From: Octopus sinensis
Lineage: Eukaryota
Assembly: GCF_006345805.1 (NCBI RefSeq)
Contig: NC_043003.1
Span: forward strand, 36,766,001-36,830,000
Direction: 5' to 3'
Length of the DNA: 64,000 bases
Shown here: positions 40,994 to 53,190 of the stretch, piece after piece
How positions within the stretch are numbered: the first letter of the stretch is position 1
Layout: every line of letters begins with the position of its first letter
The notes under the pieces: generated by a model
Told to the model about the DNA's origin: nothing
What the model saw: only the letters and a program-made list of their open reading frames with translations
Databases searched by the model: none
Program-made: the position numbers and the translations under genes

Positions 40994-41324
40994 CATATAT
41001 ATATATACACATATATATACATATATATATACACACACACACACACAACTGGTACTTAATTTATCGACCCCGAAAGGTTGAAAGGCTTTCCTCCCCCTTT
41101 TATTTAACACATAACTTTGTAAGTGAACAACCTGGTGTGTTTATTTTAATGGCCTATCATTGTATACATTACCTTTCGCTGCCCTAGGTGACAGGAAGAC
41201 ACTCGGCAAGAAATGGAAACAGAATTGAAAGAAGATGATAATGAAAATAATACTAATGATAATAATAATATTGATGATAATAACAATAATAATAATAATA
41301 ATTATGTGTTTTTTATAATAATGA

Positions 41325-41895
41325 CAGAGTTGGAACCTACATACACTGGAAACTATGCCAACATTATGGAATAACAACTGAAAAAAACGGTATAGGCACA
41401 CTCCAGAAAAGGTCACAGAAAACGAGAAAGCAACCATACTCTGGGATATGCCGATACACACAGATAGAGAAATGAAGGCCAACAGACCAGATATAGTTGT
41501 CAGAGATCATGAAGAAAAAAAGTGCTTTCTAATTGATGTATCAATACTGGCAGATGACAACGTTACTCTAAAAGAAATGGAGAAACTTTCCAAATACAAA
41601 GACCTGGAAATAGAGGTAACCAGAATGTGGAATCTAAAAACAGAAACAATTCCTATCATAGTAGGTGCATTAGGCATGATAAAAAAATATTCAGACAAAT
41701 ACATAACAAAAACACCAGGACTTACAAACACATATAACATACAGAAAATTGCACTACTAGGTACTGCACACATCCTACGCAGAACACTTTCCATACAATA
41801 ACCATCAGAGCATCACAACAAATCACAGCACATACCTAAGGCACACAGACCTGCCCTCGGTAGTGAAGTGAAAGCACGCTATAAAAATAAAACTA

Positions 41896-41898
<3 letters not shown>
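41325..41898 (+). mobile_element. R4/Dong-clade non-LTR retrotransposon, 5'-truncated, inserted in (TAA)n
   Basis: DRVGTYIHWKLCQHYG (end of CCHC knuckle), then open ORF 41448-41801 RPDIVV..LIDVS..EKLSKYKDL (PD-(D/E)xK endonuclease). TAA repeats lie on both sides. Confidence 0.92.
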
Positions 41899-41989
<91 letters not shown>

Positions 41990-41992
<3 letters not shown>

Positions 41993-42195
41993 GTTTTAAA
42001 TTTTGGCAAATGGTCAGCATGTTTTGGGGAGATAGCGAGTCGATAACATCGATCCCAGTGCTCAACTAATTCTTATTTTATCGGACCTGCAAGAATAAAA
42101 GTTCACGTTGGCGAAATTTGAACTCAGAATGTAAAGACGGACAAAATGCCGCTAAACATTTTTTACGGCGTACTGACTATTCTGCCACCTCGCCA
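41990..42195 (-). mobile_element. SINE family B
   Basis: GGCGAAATTTGAACTCAGAATGTAAAGACGGACAAAATGCCGCTAA...CTGCCACCTCGCC. Confidence 0.8.
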
Positions 42196-42325
42196 ATAAT
42201 AATATAATATGCAAAAAGTTGGTATGAACATCAAGCAAGAACAGTAGTTGAAAGTAATGACATTACCGTCCTAGATTTTGCAGTATATAAAGCTAATGAA
42301 CCCGGATAATATACTCAATGACAAA

Positions 42326-42712
42326 GGCGGCGATGTGGCAGAAACGTTAGCACGCAGGGCGAAATGCTTAGCGGTATTTTGTCTGAGTTCAAATTCCGCC
42401 GAGATTGACTTTGCCTTTCATCCTTTTGGGGTCGATAAATTAAGTACCAGTTACGCACAGGGGTCGATGTAATCGACTTAATACCTATGTCTGTCCTTGT
42501 TTGTCCCCTCTGTGTTTAGCCCCTTGTGGGTAATAAAGAAATAGGTATTTTGTCTGTCTTTACGTTCTGAGTTCAAATTCCGCCGAGATTGACTTTGCCT
42601 TTCAACCTTTCGGGGTCGATAAATTAAGTACCAGTTGTGTACTGTGGTCGATCTAATCGACTGGCCCCCTCCCCAAAAATTTCTGGCTTTGTGCTTTGAG
42701 TAGAAAAGAATA
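42326..42712 (+). mobile_element. Tandem SINE family B copies with different tails (42326-42545 and 42546-42712)
   Basis: GAGTTCAAATTCCGCCGAGATTGACTTTGCCTTTCA occurs twice. Confidence 0.88.
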
Positions 42713-43989
42713 TTCTTAAAGACAACAAAAACAAGATCTCCCTATGACAATACTATATGACAATACTAGATGACATCAAATGTACTTGCCGAGGAATATG
42801 ATAGACTTGTCAAGTCAATTTTAAATTAGCAGGATGAGGTACCTGAAGACAATGTACTGAGAGTTTTAAAAAGACTAACAAAAAGCCTCTCATCCAGGTC
42901 ATCAGATTCGTTGCTACTGTTTTTCAGCACTCTAAATAGTAGCGACTATTTTCGATAGACAAATTAAATTTACGAATGCGTAAAGTTATTTTAAATTTTC
43001 TAAAGTACCCTTGTAAAACACACTAGTCTCTGCGTTGTCAATATGTATAAACGCTTGCTGTTTTCTTAATGTTTTGGTTCGAAAGTTATACATTCGAAAT
43101 GCTTTTCAACAAACAATTTAGACATTACTAACATGTGCCGCACAATAACACCTTGCCTGTCTCGCAATGAACTATAAATTGCATTACTCCATTCTTTTGT
43201 TTGTTAATGTCGTAAAAATTGCATGACCTATCTCCGTCGAATGATATTAGTACAAAATATCAGATTATTCTAAATCTTATTGGTAACTACTAAATCTCTT
43301 GACCTGCAAGAATTCTGTTCTTTTAGTGGTGAAAGTAACTTGTGCTATTGAGCATCTTTGGATCTCATCTGTTGACTATACACTTGTGCTATTTTGAGAT
43401 TCTATATATGAAATCAGTTTTTTCTCTAGCCTGTTAACTTTAGACTTTCGGTCCGATAGAAATGCAAAAATACAAAATTTACCCTTGTTTTGTCGTTTTA
43501 TGCAAAGTACAGTTAGTATTAATTCTTCGTAATATATCAGAGATACAATATTTTAAAGGGTAAAATACAATATAATTTGTATTTGTTCCTTTACATCTCA
43601 GCTCAGTTGCTACATTGGGGTAAAATAAAATGAGACTATAATGTACTACAGGCAGCTAACTACACCCCCATAAAGCATACTGCATAGTATAGTGCAGGTT
43701 AACTTCAGATAACGGAGATTATATTAGGCATGTTTTCGTGATGGTAAAAGTATCGAGTGACAACATAGCCGATGAATTTTGAAAGGTTACAGGGGAGAGA
43801 AAAAACATATGATATATATCTTACTTCAACCGTTTTCCATGGCAGGTTCTTTGTATAATACCAACTTAGATGACTGCAGTACATGTTTCCATATGTATTT
43901 TATGATTAGCCAGTTATATCTTCACACATTCAGATCCAACGTAAATAAATTTAATACTATATCTCCAGGTTGCCTCTAATAGTTACGTT

Positions 43990-44201
43990 TCAAATTTGGT
44001 ATCAAATTTTAGCAAGAGGCCAGCAGTTTCGAGGGAGAGACTAGTCGATTACATCAACCCCAGTAATCAGCTGGTACTTATCGACTCCGAAAAAGTAGAA
44101 GGCAAAGTCGACATCGTCGGAATTTAAACTCAGCGTAAAGAAGAACGAAATGCCGTTAAGTATATTGCCCAGCATGCTAACGATTCTGCCAGCTCGCCGC
44201 C
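43990..44201 (-). mobile_element. SINE family B, full length
   Basis: Ends in GATTCTGCCAGCTCGCCGCC (the head on the minus strand). Confidence 0.85.
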
Positions 44202-44959
44202 TTGCAACGATGAATCTAATACTATTTGTTCTGTAGAAGGGAGCAAAGCAAGAAAAGGTCGGTTATCTTTTGTTATGTTCAGTGCTTACTAACAACTTCT
44301 GATAGATTTCCCTCACAGAGCTTATTTCATGCTTTTTAAATTAAATTGAGCGTTCAAGACAAATTTTAACCATCTCATTCTATCTGCCGAACTTATGTCG
44401 TAAATATCTGAGGCGAGAGACCAATGGCAAAAATGAATGAGATTTGTTGTGCCAGAGAACTGGAGAAAACTGACAAACCATCTTGAAGGTTTTTCATCTT
44501 TTGTATTTTTGTTATTTCAGGACAAATACACCAAAACCAAATCGGAGAAAGGTTATACCAACTTGATCTGAGACATGAAGATATTTACTCATTGTGCCGA
44601 GCTGTCTAATCTGCTGTTTAATAAAGTGGATGTTATCGTTGAAACGTGAGGACCGTATATCTCTTAGAAGCACACACGATGAAATTCGAACGCAAACGGA
44701 TGATTTAATATCATATAAACTCCTACCCAGTCTGAATTATAAGATACTGTGCGATTTATATCTTCCAAACAGCTCAGCACTTTTATTGTCACTCGGCTGA
44801 ATGAAAATAATCTGCTAGGTCCAGTATCAATATTTAGTTTCTATCAACATAACATAATTTAAAAGGGGGTTACCAAGAAGAAGCAAGTGAGACGCCGGAC
44901 GTCTGCTTTCTCTCTGTCTATAAGTTCTTCTCTATGTCTCTATCTGTCTCCCTATCTCA

Positions 44960-46037
44960 AAGCAAAGTCCTCACTAGATGTGGTAAGGGAGACATCGTAT
45001 TTATACCTACAATAACACTATTACCAACAGATGTCTCCTTTCGTTTCAAACGATTGCAGTTCCCAATGAGAGTCAGTTACGCACTGACCATTAACAAGTC
45101 CCAAGGTCAAACACTGCAGGTTGTCGTTTTCCATCTAGAAGAGAGTTGTTTCTCACATGGTCAATTTTATGTAAATATATATATATATATCGCCCCTCTT
45201 CAATTCACGGTTTTGTGGCGGCATACGGGACGATTCAAGGCTGTTGAGGAATTTAACAAGAGAATGAACAGCATCATCCTTGTCGATAGATTTATAGATG
45301 TGGTTACCTACAGAGATCAGTTGTAAGAGATTTCTGTTGATGGCACTTACTGTAATGTTTTGAGGAGCTAAGGTTGCTCGTTCACACAGCCACTCCTCGT
45401 TGAGACGGTGAATTTCGAAATTTTGGGAAGACTTGATGAATGAAGGTATCAATGCTTTCCACAATATCACAGAATGATGAGGAATCAAAACACCTTTCAG
45501 AATCGAGGGATGTTTTGCCTTCATCAAGTTGTAGAATGTTTGAGCAAACTTTGCAGAAACGTCGTCACCGTAAACCTCTGCCCTCGTGTTTGTTCTGAAC
45601 TTGAGTTTAGTGACACATAGTCATAAAGTTGATGATTTTAGGCAAGCTCATACTTAATCTGCGTGAGTTCCCTTCGATATCACAGTTAAAGCTTGTCGGA
45701 AGACCCCTGATAAAACAACAGTGATTCTTCCTATGATTGTTATGCTGTTATGTATATCTTTCAGTGTTTTGTCAAAGGATTCTAATACATGTCTGTGTGC
45801 CATTGTGCATTCATTCCCCAAAATTGCCAAACACCTTCGAAATATTTGGGCAGCTCCTGAGTCTTTCTTTATATGACACACTGACATGTCATCGAAAAAT
45901 AAGTGCACAGATATCTGCAGAATAGTAAATTAATTTAGATGACACGAAAAACCTGAAATATTATAAATTTTATTTAGTGTTTTCAGCAGTCAAAGTACAG
46001 ACAAACAAACAAATTGTGCTATTTATAAGGCTATAGA
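44960..46037 (-). mobile_element. Helitron relic with PIF1-like helicase fragments (C-terminal part inverted)
   Basis: Minus strand: NECTMAHRHVLESFDKTLKD..SGVFRQAL and WLCERATLAP..FLNSLESSRMPPQNRELK. Plus strand: FKRLQFP..ALTINKSQGQTL..FSHGQFYV. A 5' TCTATAG...TTTGTTTGTCTGT end begins at 46037. Confidence 0.9.
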
Positions 46038-47117
46038 TATACTTATTAAAGTGCATTTCCTTCGTAGCCATTTAGAAGACTTCCCTACCAATTTAAATAC
46101 TTCAAATGAAACGATAGTAGGTTGCTTCCAATAACGGATAGAAACTATAGAGAAACTGATTCTAAAGTCATTTGTATACAATTATGAAAGACATACTACT
46201 GTTTGGGCTTAATAAATTGAACAAAAGAGAAAAGGTCAAAGTTAATTATCCTCGAAGATTTAGCATCTTATTGAAGCAATATACTCACGTAACCAAACTT
46301 TTTATATTAATTCTATACGTTCAATCGTTGAATTAATATTCAATAGACGGACTTTATTGGATGGAAGATGATTTTTGTTTTTAATGTATCGCTGTGTTTA
46401 CTGCCACGTGTGTCAGATATTCCGAATATCTTTCTAATTTTGATTTGATTGATTAGTGAAAAGCCAATTATACTTGTGGAGAAAATCGTGTAATTTTTAG
46501 CATTATTTTAACTAAAGATATATCTATGTTTGATATGAACGTAATGCTGTGTCAAAATGAATGGGAAAAGGGCCAGCTCTTATAAAACAATTACGATGAT
46601 GCTCTATAGTAAACCTAACACTAAGTAATTTAAAGTTCTGTTCTATCGATATCCGGACTATATTAATAAAATATGAAAATGATGTTCCGAAAATTTTAAA
46701 AAGGTATGCAAATTATATGAACATATTTCAAATTACTGCTGAATAATTAAAGAGGTTGAGCAACTTTCAAACTAAAATCAAGACGAACTTTTGAAATGTA
46801 GACCGCAGTTGTACTTCACAAAGGTAGACATTCACAAAATAAGCGCATATGTGCCATTTTATTTCTATGGTAAAGAATACAATGTATACATATGTGTATT
46901 TGAATTTGTGATCACCTGCTTTTTACATACACTCGTCCATACTTGCAAACATATAAACGTACACACTAGTACACAAACTCACACACACTCAAACACACAC
47001 ACACACACACACATACACAGAGAGAAAGACAGGCAGAGAAGCAGAGAAAGAAAGAGAGAGGCAGTACAAAAAAAGGGAAGCAGGACGATTGACTCTCACT
47101 TTTTCTCTCATACACAC

Positions 47118-47158
<41 letters not shown>

Positions 47159-47377
47159 CATACATACATACATACATACATACATACATACATAGAAATT
47201 TATAGATAGATAGATAGATACATACATACATACATACATACATACCTGCATCCATACATATATGCATGCATGCATACATACACTCACATAGATAGATAGA
47301 GAGAGAGAAAGAGAGAAAGATACATATATGCATACATACAGGTTTAGATACTTACATACATACACACACAGATAGAT

Positions 47378-47465
<88 letters not shown>

Positions 47466-47466
47466 G

Positions 47467-47502
<36 letters not shown>

Positions 47503-48076
47503 AAGATGTAATGATTCATTTGTTGATGTAAAGTTGCATAAAATCAAGATTCATTTCAGCCATATTCTGTATGAATTTGCAATAGTAATTATTTCATTTT
47601 AATATCTGCAATAGAACCCCACACGAGCAATAATCACAGGAAACTAATAATATATCAATTAGGATACATGCCTTGATTATTCTACATTCTTATGGTTATT
47701 AACAGCTTAACTGAGTCCGTGAAGAGATGCAATATATGACAGCTGATTACTTAACGTTGTTAAGATTATAAATTTCACCAAAAGCACTTAAAATATTATC
47801 AATCAGGGAAGGTTTAATAATTTATTATCTAAACGGTACTGAGTTACATATTTTTGTTGAGCTTCATACGAAGATAATGAAAATCTTTATTAAAAACAGG
47901 AGTACAGAAATTGTATGTAATTTACACCTTGTAATCTAAACATGCATACGCTGTACTATTGTACGCAAGATTGAGGATAGAAGTAATAAAGCATTGTGAA
48001 GATATTTGCCAATTATGCATAAATGTACATATGCGTGTGTGTAACGCGCGCGTGTGCATGTGTGTATATGTGAGAG

Positions 48077-48108
<32 letters not shown>

Positions 48109-48110
48109 CA

Positions 48111-48143
<33 letters not shown>

Positions 48144-48889
48144 CTGTGCGTGTGCATATATATATATGCATATATATACATATGTGTATATACATACATA
48201 TATATGTACATATATATATACATATGTAAGTGTGTATGTATCTATGTATCTATCTATCTATGTGTGTATAGTCAACAGATAAGATCCAGAGATGCTCAAT
48301 ATAGAAAAAAATAATAGTGCTCAAGTAATTTGAACTTTCATTTCGAACTGATTTTGTGAACTGTATTTGTGAACCTTATGAAGTAACTCCGAGTCTCCAG
48401 AAATAGCTGTCGTGTCTGTAACTTTATACATTCCCCGCTTTAGTTTTTCTGCGTCTTTGTACCCTGTGTGAGTTTGCTCTATTAATACGTACATATCTAT
48501 ATATTTATACCCGAATATTCAACGTCTGAAAATTTTCAGTCTTTGCCCCATGTACTTCGGTTTACGAATTTAATTCATTCTTGCAACCTGTTCGTGATCG
48601 GAGATTTTCCTAAACTGAAACTTTCTCATACAAAATTCAGGCGAAAATACGGCGAACATGAGGCGATTTACATTGACTGAGGCCTAAACGCCCAACTTGT
48701 GACCGGCTTGCGTTTTCGTTAATCGATACACCGTGCGACGACTGACAAGGAAGTGTATTTGTTTGACACTCAGGAAAAAGAAAAAAGTCTTTTACGTTTA
48801 GAGTCTACGCTCTTCAAGAGAAAGGAATAAAAGGAAATAAAAAAAAGAGACAATGAAAAGAACTTGTAGATTCCAGCGGTCCAAAATAT

Positions 48890-49440
48890 ATATGTAGAAT
48901 GTTTAAAACGTGACACATCAGTTGGTATGTATAAGGAAAATAAGACAAGGTAGAAAATGCTAAAATAATTTTATCATAAAATATACTTTGTAATGGTTAG
49001 CACCGGTTTCTGCCTTTTCGACTTTTTGGACTATGAGTAAAACAAAGGTGTTTTGTGTATTCTTGTACATCCAGTGGCAAGAGAAAAATTCAAAGTTTAT
49101 ATCAATGTTTTCCATGTAAAAATAAATGCCTTGAATTATTTTTTGTTTAATGCATGCTTCTATCGAGAATCAAATATTGATATTTATCTATACACTTTTA
49201 TTTAAAATGGAGGAAAAGTACACCTTCTATGAATTAGTGTGTGTGTTTGTATTTTATTTTAAATAATGTGTGTGTGTTAGAAGATGGTAAAATGATTTAT
49301 CCTGAAATGCATTGTGTAATGGTTAGTACTGGTTTCTGTCTTTTCGACTTCTTCAACTAAAACACAGGTGGATATCAATTAAGAAGAAAAACAATTAAAT
49401 TGAAGAAAAAATAAAATTAAATGTTTTATAAATATGTCCA
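48890..49440 (-). mobile_element. Two tandem pLTR-like repeats of the hammerhead-bearing family (subfamily variant)
   Basis: TGTAATGGTTAG(C/T)AC(C/T)GGTTTCTG(C/T)CTTTTCGACTT occurs at about 48989 and 49315. It is related to 27455 and 58655. Confidence 0.65.
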
Positions 49441-49470
49441 TAGTCTTCAAATAAGTTTTCCTTTTCCTCA

Positions 49471-49519
<49 letters not shown>

Positions 49520-49653
49520 TATCTCCCACTTACTCTCTTTCCTTGGTGAAGGTTCGTAAGGCCGGTAGTAGCAGATCTGAAAAAGTGTGTATATGGTGTA
49601 AAGAGATATTTGATTCTGAAGTTTAAGTAACCACAGCCGAAGAAGGTGAAGGC

Positions 49654-49848
49654 GAAGAAGAAAAGGGAGGGGAAGAAGAAAAGGGAGGGGAAGAAGAAAA
49701 GGGAGGGGAAGAAGAAAAGGGAGGGGAAGAAGAAAAGGGAGGGGAAGAAGAAAAGGAAGAAGAAGAAGAAAAGAAGAAGAAGAAGAAGAAGAAGAAGAAG
49801 AAGGAGGAGAAGAAGAAGAAGAAGAAGAAGAAGAAGAAGAAGAAGAAA
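49654..49848. repeat. Pure polypurine tract: five 18-bp units (AAGAAGAAAAGGGAGGGG) grading into (AAG)n
   Basis: Direct reading. Confidence 0.95.
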
Positions 49849-50719
49849 ATTACGGGAGTGGTATTACCTAGTAGTAAAGACTGTCCGTGGAATTTAATAG
49901 TCATGTGACCTCGCAGTGACCTGTTGTGGTTGTAGTAGTAGTAGTAGTAAATTCGTGGGTGGAGACCGTTCTAAACATATCTATCCTTTTTAATATTTCC
50001 GTGGATATTATTTTATGATTCCCTTAGTAGTTTCAAATGTGGTGGAATAATTCAAAAGGGTTAACATTTTGCGATAAAATAAGATTCTTTACTAATGCGC
50101 TGATTATAAATTGCATTGTCCTTAAAATTACAGAGGAGAAAAGTTCTAAAGTTCGGTTATAAATTTAGGGAAAATGCAGCCTTACAATCAGCGCATTGGC
50201 AAAGAATCGTATTTTATATACCTCAACCGCAGATGACACTACTACAGAGATCTTAGAATAATACCCACAGAAATATTTAAAGCATAGATATATTTAGAAC
50301 AGTCGTTACTCGCGGATTTATTTAGAACAATCCCTACTCTTACTACTGCTACTACAACAACAACAGATCACTTTGAGGCCACTTGACCATTAAAGCAGAT
50401 TCCACACACAGTCATTACTACTGGATAATACTACTCCCGTCTTTATATTTTTCTTCTTTTTCCTCTTCTATGTGTCTATTTCACCGTAATGATTTCTACA
50501 GGGTGAAAACATTACTCCACCTATCACTCAATCCATCTCCAACTTTCTCTAAGTTTATACATTGCATTTATTCCTTTGACGTCATCACCAGACCACTATT
50601 TTCTCTCTGGCTGCATATGTGTCCCTCTGTCACTACTTCTACTTCTTTTTCTCACTAGATAAAAAATACGTGAGGTAGAGTGGGGAAGACACAGAAGACA
50701 CAGAAGATACACACACACA

Positions 50720-51019
<300 letters not shown>

Positions 51020-51491
51020 GGGGCCTATGGAAGATTGGCCTGATTTAATTTAATCAGGTTAGTTTACCATTAAACAGCAGATGAAACGGTGCATCGTATA
51101 AGAAATTACAGGGTAAATGTTTTTTAAATTTTCTCCTGTTTACGGAATTGATTTTTATTTGCGGTTGAAGCTTTGGCTGTTATTTCTAGTGGGTGAATGG
51201 CCTATTATGGCCGTTCCTTGATTGTTGATGTTGAACTTAAAAATGGTCTATGACTATTTAATTTTTTCCCACTAGGCCGCTGGTGGCAAAAAAATTCTAC
51301 AAAATTTTTTTTGCCACCCTATATTGATTAATTATGAATTTTCTGGTTAATTCCGTAATGGAATCGACGGCTTATATTTATTTGCTGCCGATAAATTTGG
51401 CGCGAGTGCGATGATTTGAAAATTTTAGGTCAGATATTACCTTGGCAGGGTCGGAAATGCCTCGTGAAAATATCTGTTCCGACTTGTGGCT

Positions 51492-51598
51492 ATTTCTTAC
51501 TGAAGAATCTGAGGGCCTATGGAAGATTGGCCTGATTTCATTTAATCAGGTTAGTTTACCATTAAACAGCAGATGAAACGGTGCATCGTATAAGAAAT
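51492..51598 (+). ncRNA. Type I hammerhead ribozyme, predicted cleavage after A51590
   Basis: Stem I ATTTCTTA/TAAGAAAT (8 bp), core CTGAAGA 51500-51506, stem II ATCTG/CAGAT, GAAAC 51575-51579, stem III ACG/CGT, GUA site. Confidence 0.88.
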
Positions 51599-51983
51599 TA
51601 CAGGGTAAATGTTTTTTTAATTTTCTCCTGTGTACGGAATTGATTTTTATTTGCGGTTGAAGCTTTGGCTGTTATTTCTAGTGGGTGAATGGCCTATTAT
51701 GGCCGTTCCTTGATTGTTGATGTTGAACTTAAAAATGGTCTATGACTATTTAATTTTTTCCCACTAGGCCGCTGGTGGCAAAAAAATTCTACAAAATTTT
51801 TTTTGCCACCCTATATTGATTAATTATGAATTTTCTGGTTAATTCCGTAATGGAATCGACGGCTTATATTTATTTGCTGCCGATAAATTTGGCGCGAGTG
51901 CGATGATTTGAAAATTTTAGGTCAGATATTACCTTGGCAGGGTCGGAAATGCCTCGTGAAAATATCTGTTCCGACTTGTGGCT

Positions 51984-52090
51984 ATTCCTTACTGAAGAAT
52001 CTGAGGGCCTATGGAAGATTGGCCTGATTTCATTTAATCAGGTTAGTTTACCATTAAACAGCAGATGAAACGGTGCATCGTATAAGAAAT
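51984..52090 (+). ncRNA. Type I hammerhead ribozyme, predicted cleavage after A52082
   Basis: Same as 51492-51598, with one C.A mismatch in stem I (ATTCCTTA). Confidence 0.83.
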
Positions 52091-52700
52091 TACAGAGTAA
52101 ATGTTTTTTTAATTTTCTCCTGTTTACGGAATTGATTTTTATTTGCGGTTGAAGCTTTGGCTGTTATTTCTAGTGGGTGAATGGCCTATTATGGCCGTTC
52201 CTTGATTGTTGATGTTGAACTTAAAAATGGTCTATGACTATTTAACTTTTTCCCACTAGGCCGCTGGTGGCAAAAAAATTCTACAAAATTTTTTTTGCCA
52301 CCCTATATTGATTAATTATGAATTTTCTGGTTAATTCCGTAATGGAATCGACGGCTTATATTTATTTGCTGCCGATAAATTTGGCGATAAATTTTTTTTG
52401 CCACCCTATATTGATTAATTATATATATATATATATATATATAATAGCGGGCCAAGTTGCTCCATCTGAAATTTTCATTACACTTTTACTTGGAGGTCAG
52501 AAAGCTCATTCTGCTTTCAAATTGGACTTCGGAAAAGAATCCTAGCATCGGGCTACAACAGTAGACGTAAATGCTAAGAATTCTCCTATTGGGTTACAGC
52601 AAGTAACTTTAGATGACAAGAACCATCATAAGTATCCTATTGTCATTATCTACTACTACTGGATCACACCTTCTAGCTACTATTACTCTGTCAGTTTGAA

Positions 52701-52752
<52 letters not shown>

Positions 52753-52754
52753 GG

Positions 52755-53190
52755 TTTTTGTCTATCTTGGTTTTTATCCAATTAGTCCTTAATACCTGAT
52801 CTTGTGCAGCTACTAACAAACTTTCTTCTCCCTCTTCGGCTTTCATTTCTGCAAACATAACCCTGCCTCACTACTACTATTTGCTGTCACTATATCTAGG
52901 AAACTACTATAAAACGTCTGGTGCAAGTTAGATAATTTCTGTTCCTTTTCTGGTTTTCAAGGTCATTTGGGATTTTGGTTTCCCTAAGTCTTGCTGTGAT
53001 GCCAGCATATTTTAATAAACATTCTTCACTATTACCTACATAGGTGTCTATATCTACTCTAGCTAATCCCACGCAGTCTTCTACTGATATTAACCCTCTT
53101 CTTCCTTTCTTTCTAGGTAAGTATAATCTTGCTACCCTTGCCCTTGGGTGAAGTCCTCCATTCATATTGAATTTTCGCTGTTAACTCCAG
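52755..53190 (-). mobile_element. R4/Dong-clade element, RT C-terminal fragment ending at (TAA)n
   Basis: MNGGLHPRARVARLYLPRKKGRRGLISVEDCV and EESLLVAAQDQVLRTNWIKTKIDK. Confidence 0.8.

Larger units (their letters stand above)
51021..52421 (+). mobile_element. 492-bp tandem array (about 2.8 units) with hammerhead ribozymes, a putative non-LTR retrozyme
   Basis: GGGCCTATGGAAGATTGG starts at 51021, 51513 and 52005. Units differ at only a few positions. Hammerheads span the junctions, and (TA)n lies on both sides. Confidence 0.85.

Noticed and set aside
44490-44555. Exon after the acceptor-like TTTTTGTTATTTCAG at 44520
   Set aside because: Only a weak donor follows, an in-frame stop comes soon, and there is no other support.
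44895-44912. Helitron 3' end (GAGACGCCGGACGTCTGCT)
   Set aside because: It lacks the terminal CTAG, and its orientation is inconsistent with the adjacent helicase pieces.
50560-50610. Penelope RT motif SFDV
   Set aside because: It is a four-residue match with no neighbouring RT motifs.
51425-51490. HDV-like ribozyme on the minus strand of the 492-bp unit (P1/P2-like interleaved stems and UUCACG)
   Set aside because: There is no proper P3, no GG for P1.1, no P4 and no catalytic C in J4/2.
51021-52421. CRISPR-like array or protein-coding tandem repeat
   Set aside because: The units are long and near-identical with no unique spacers and no ORF, in a eukaryotic context.
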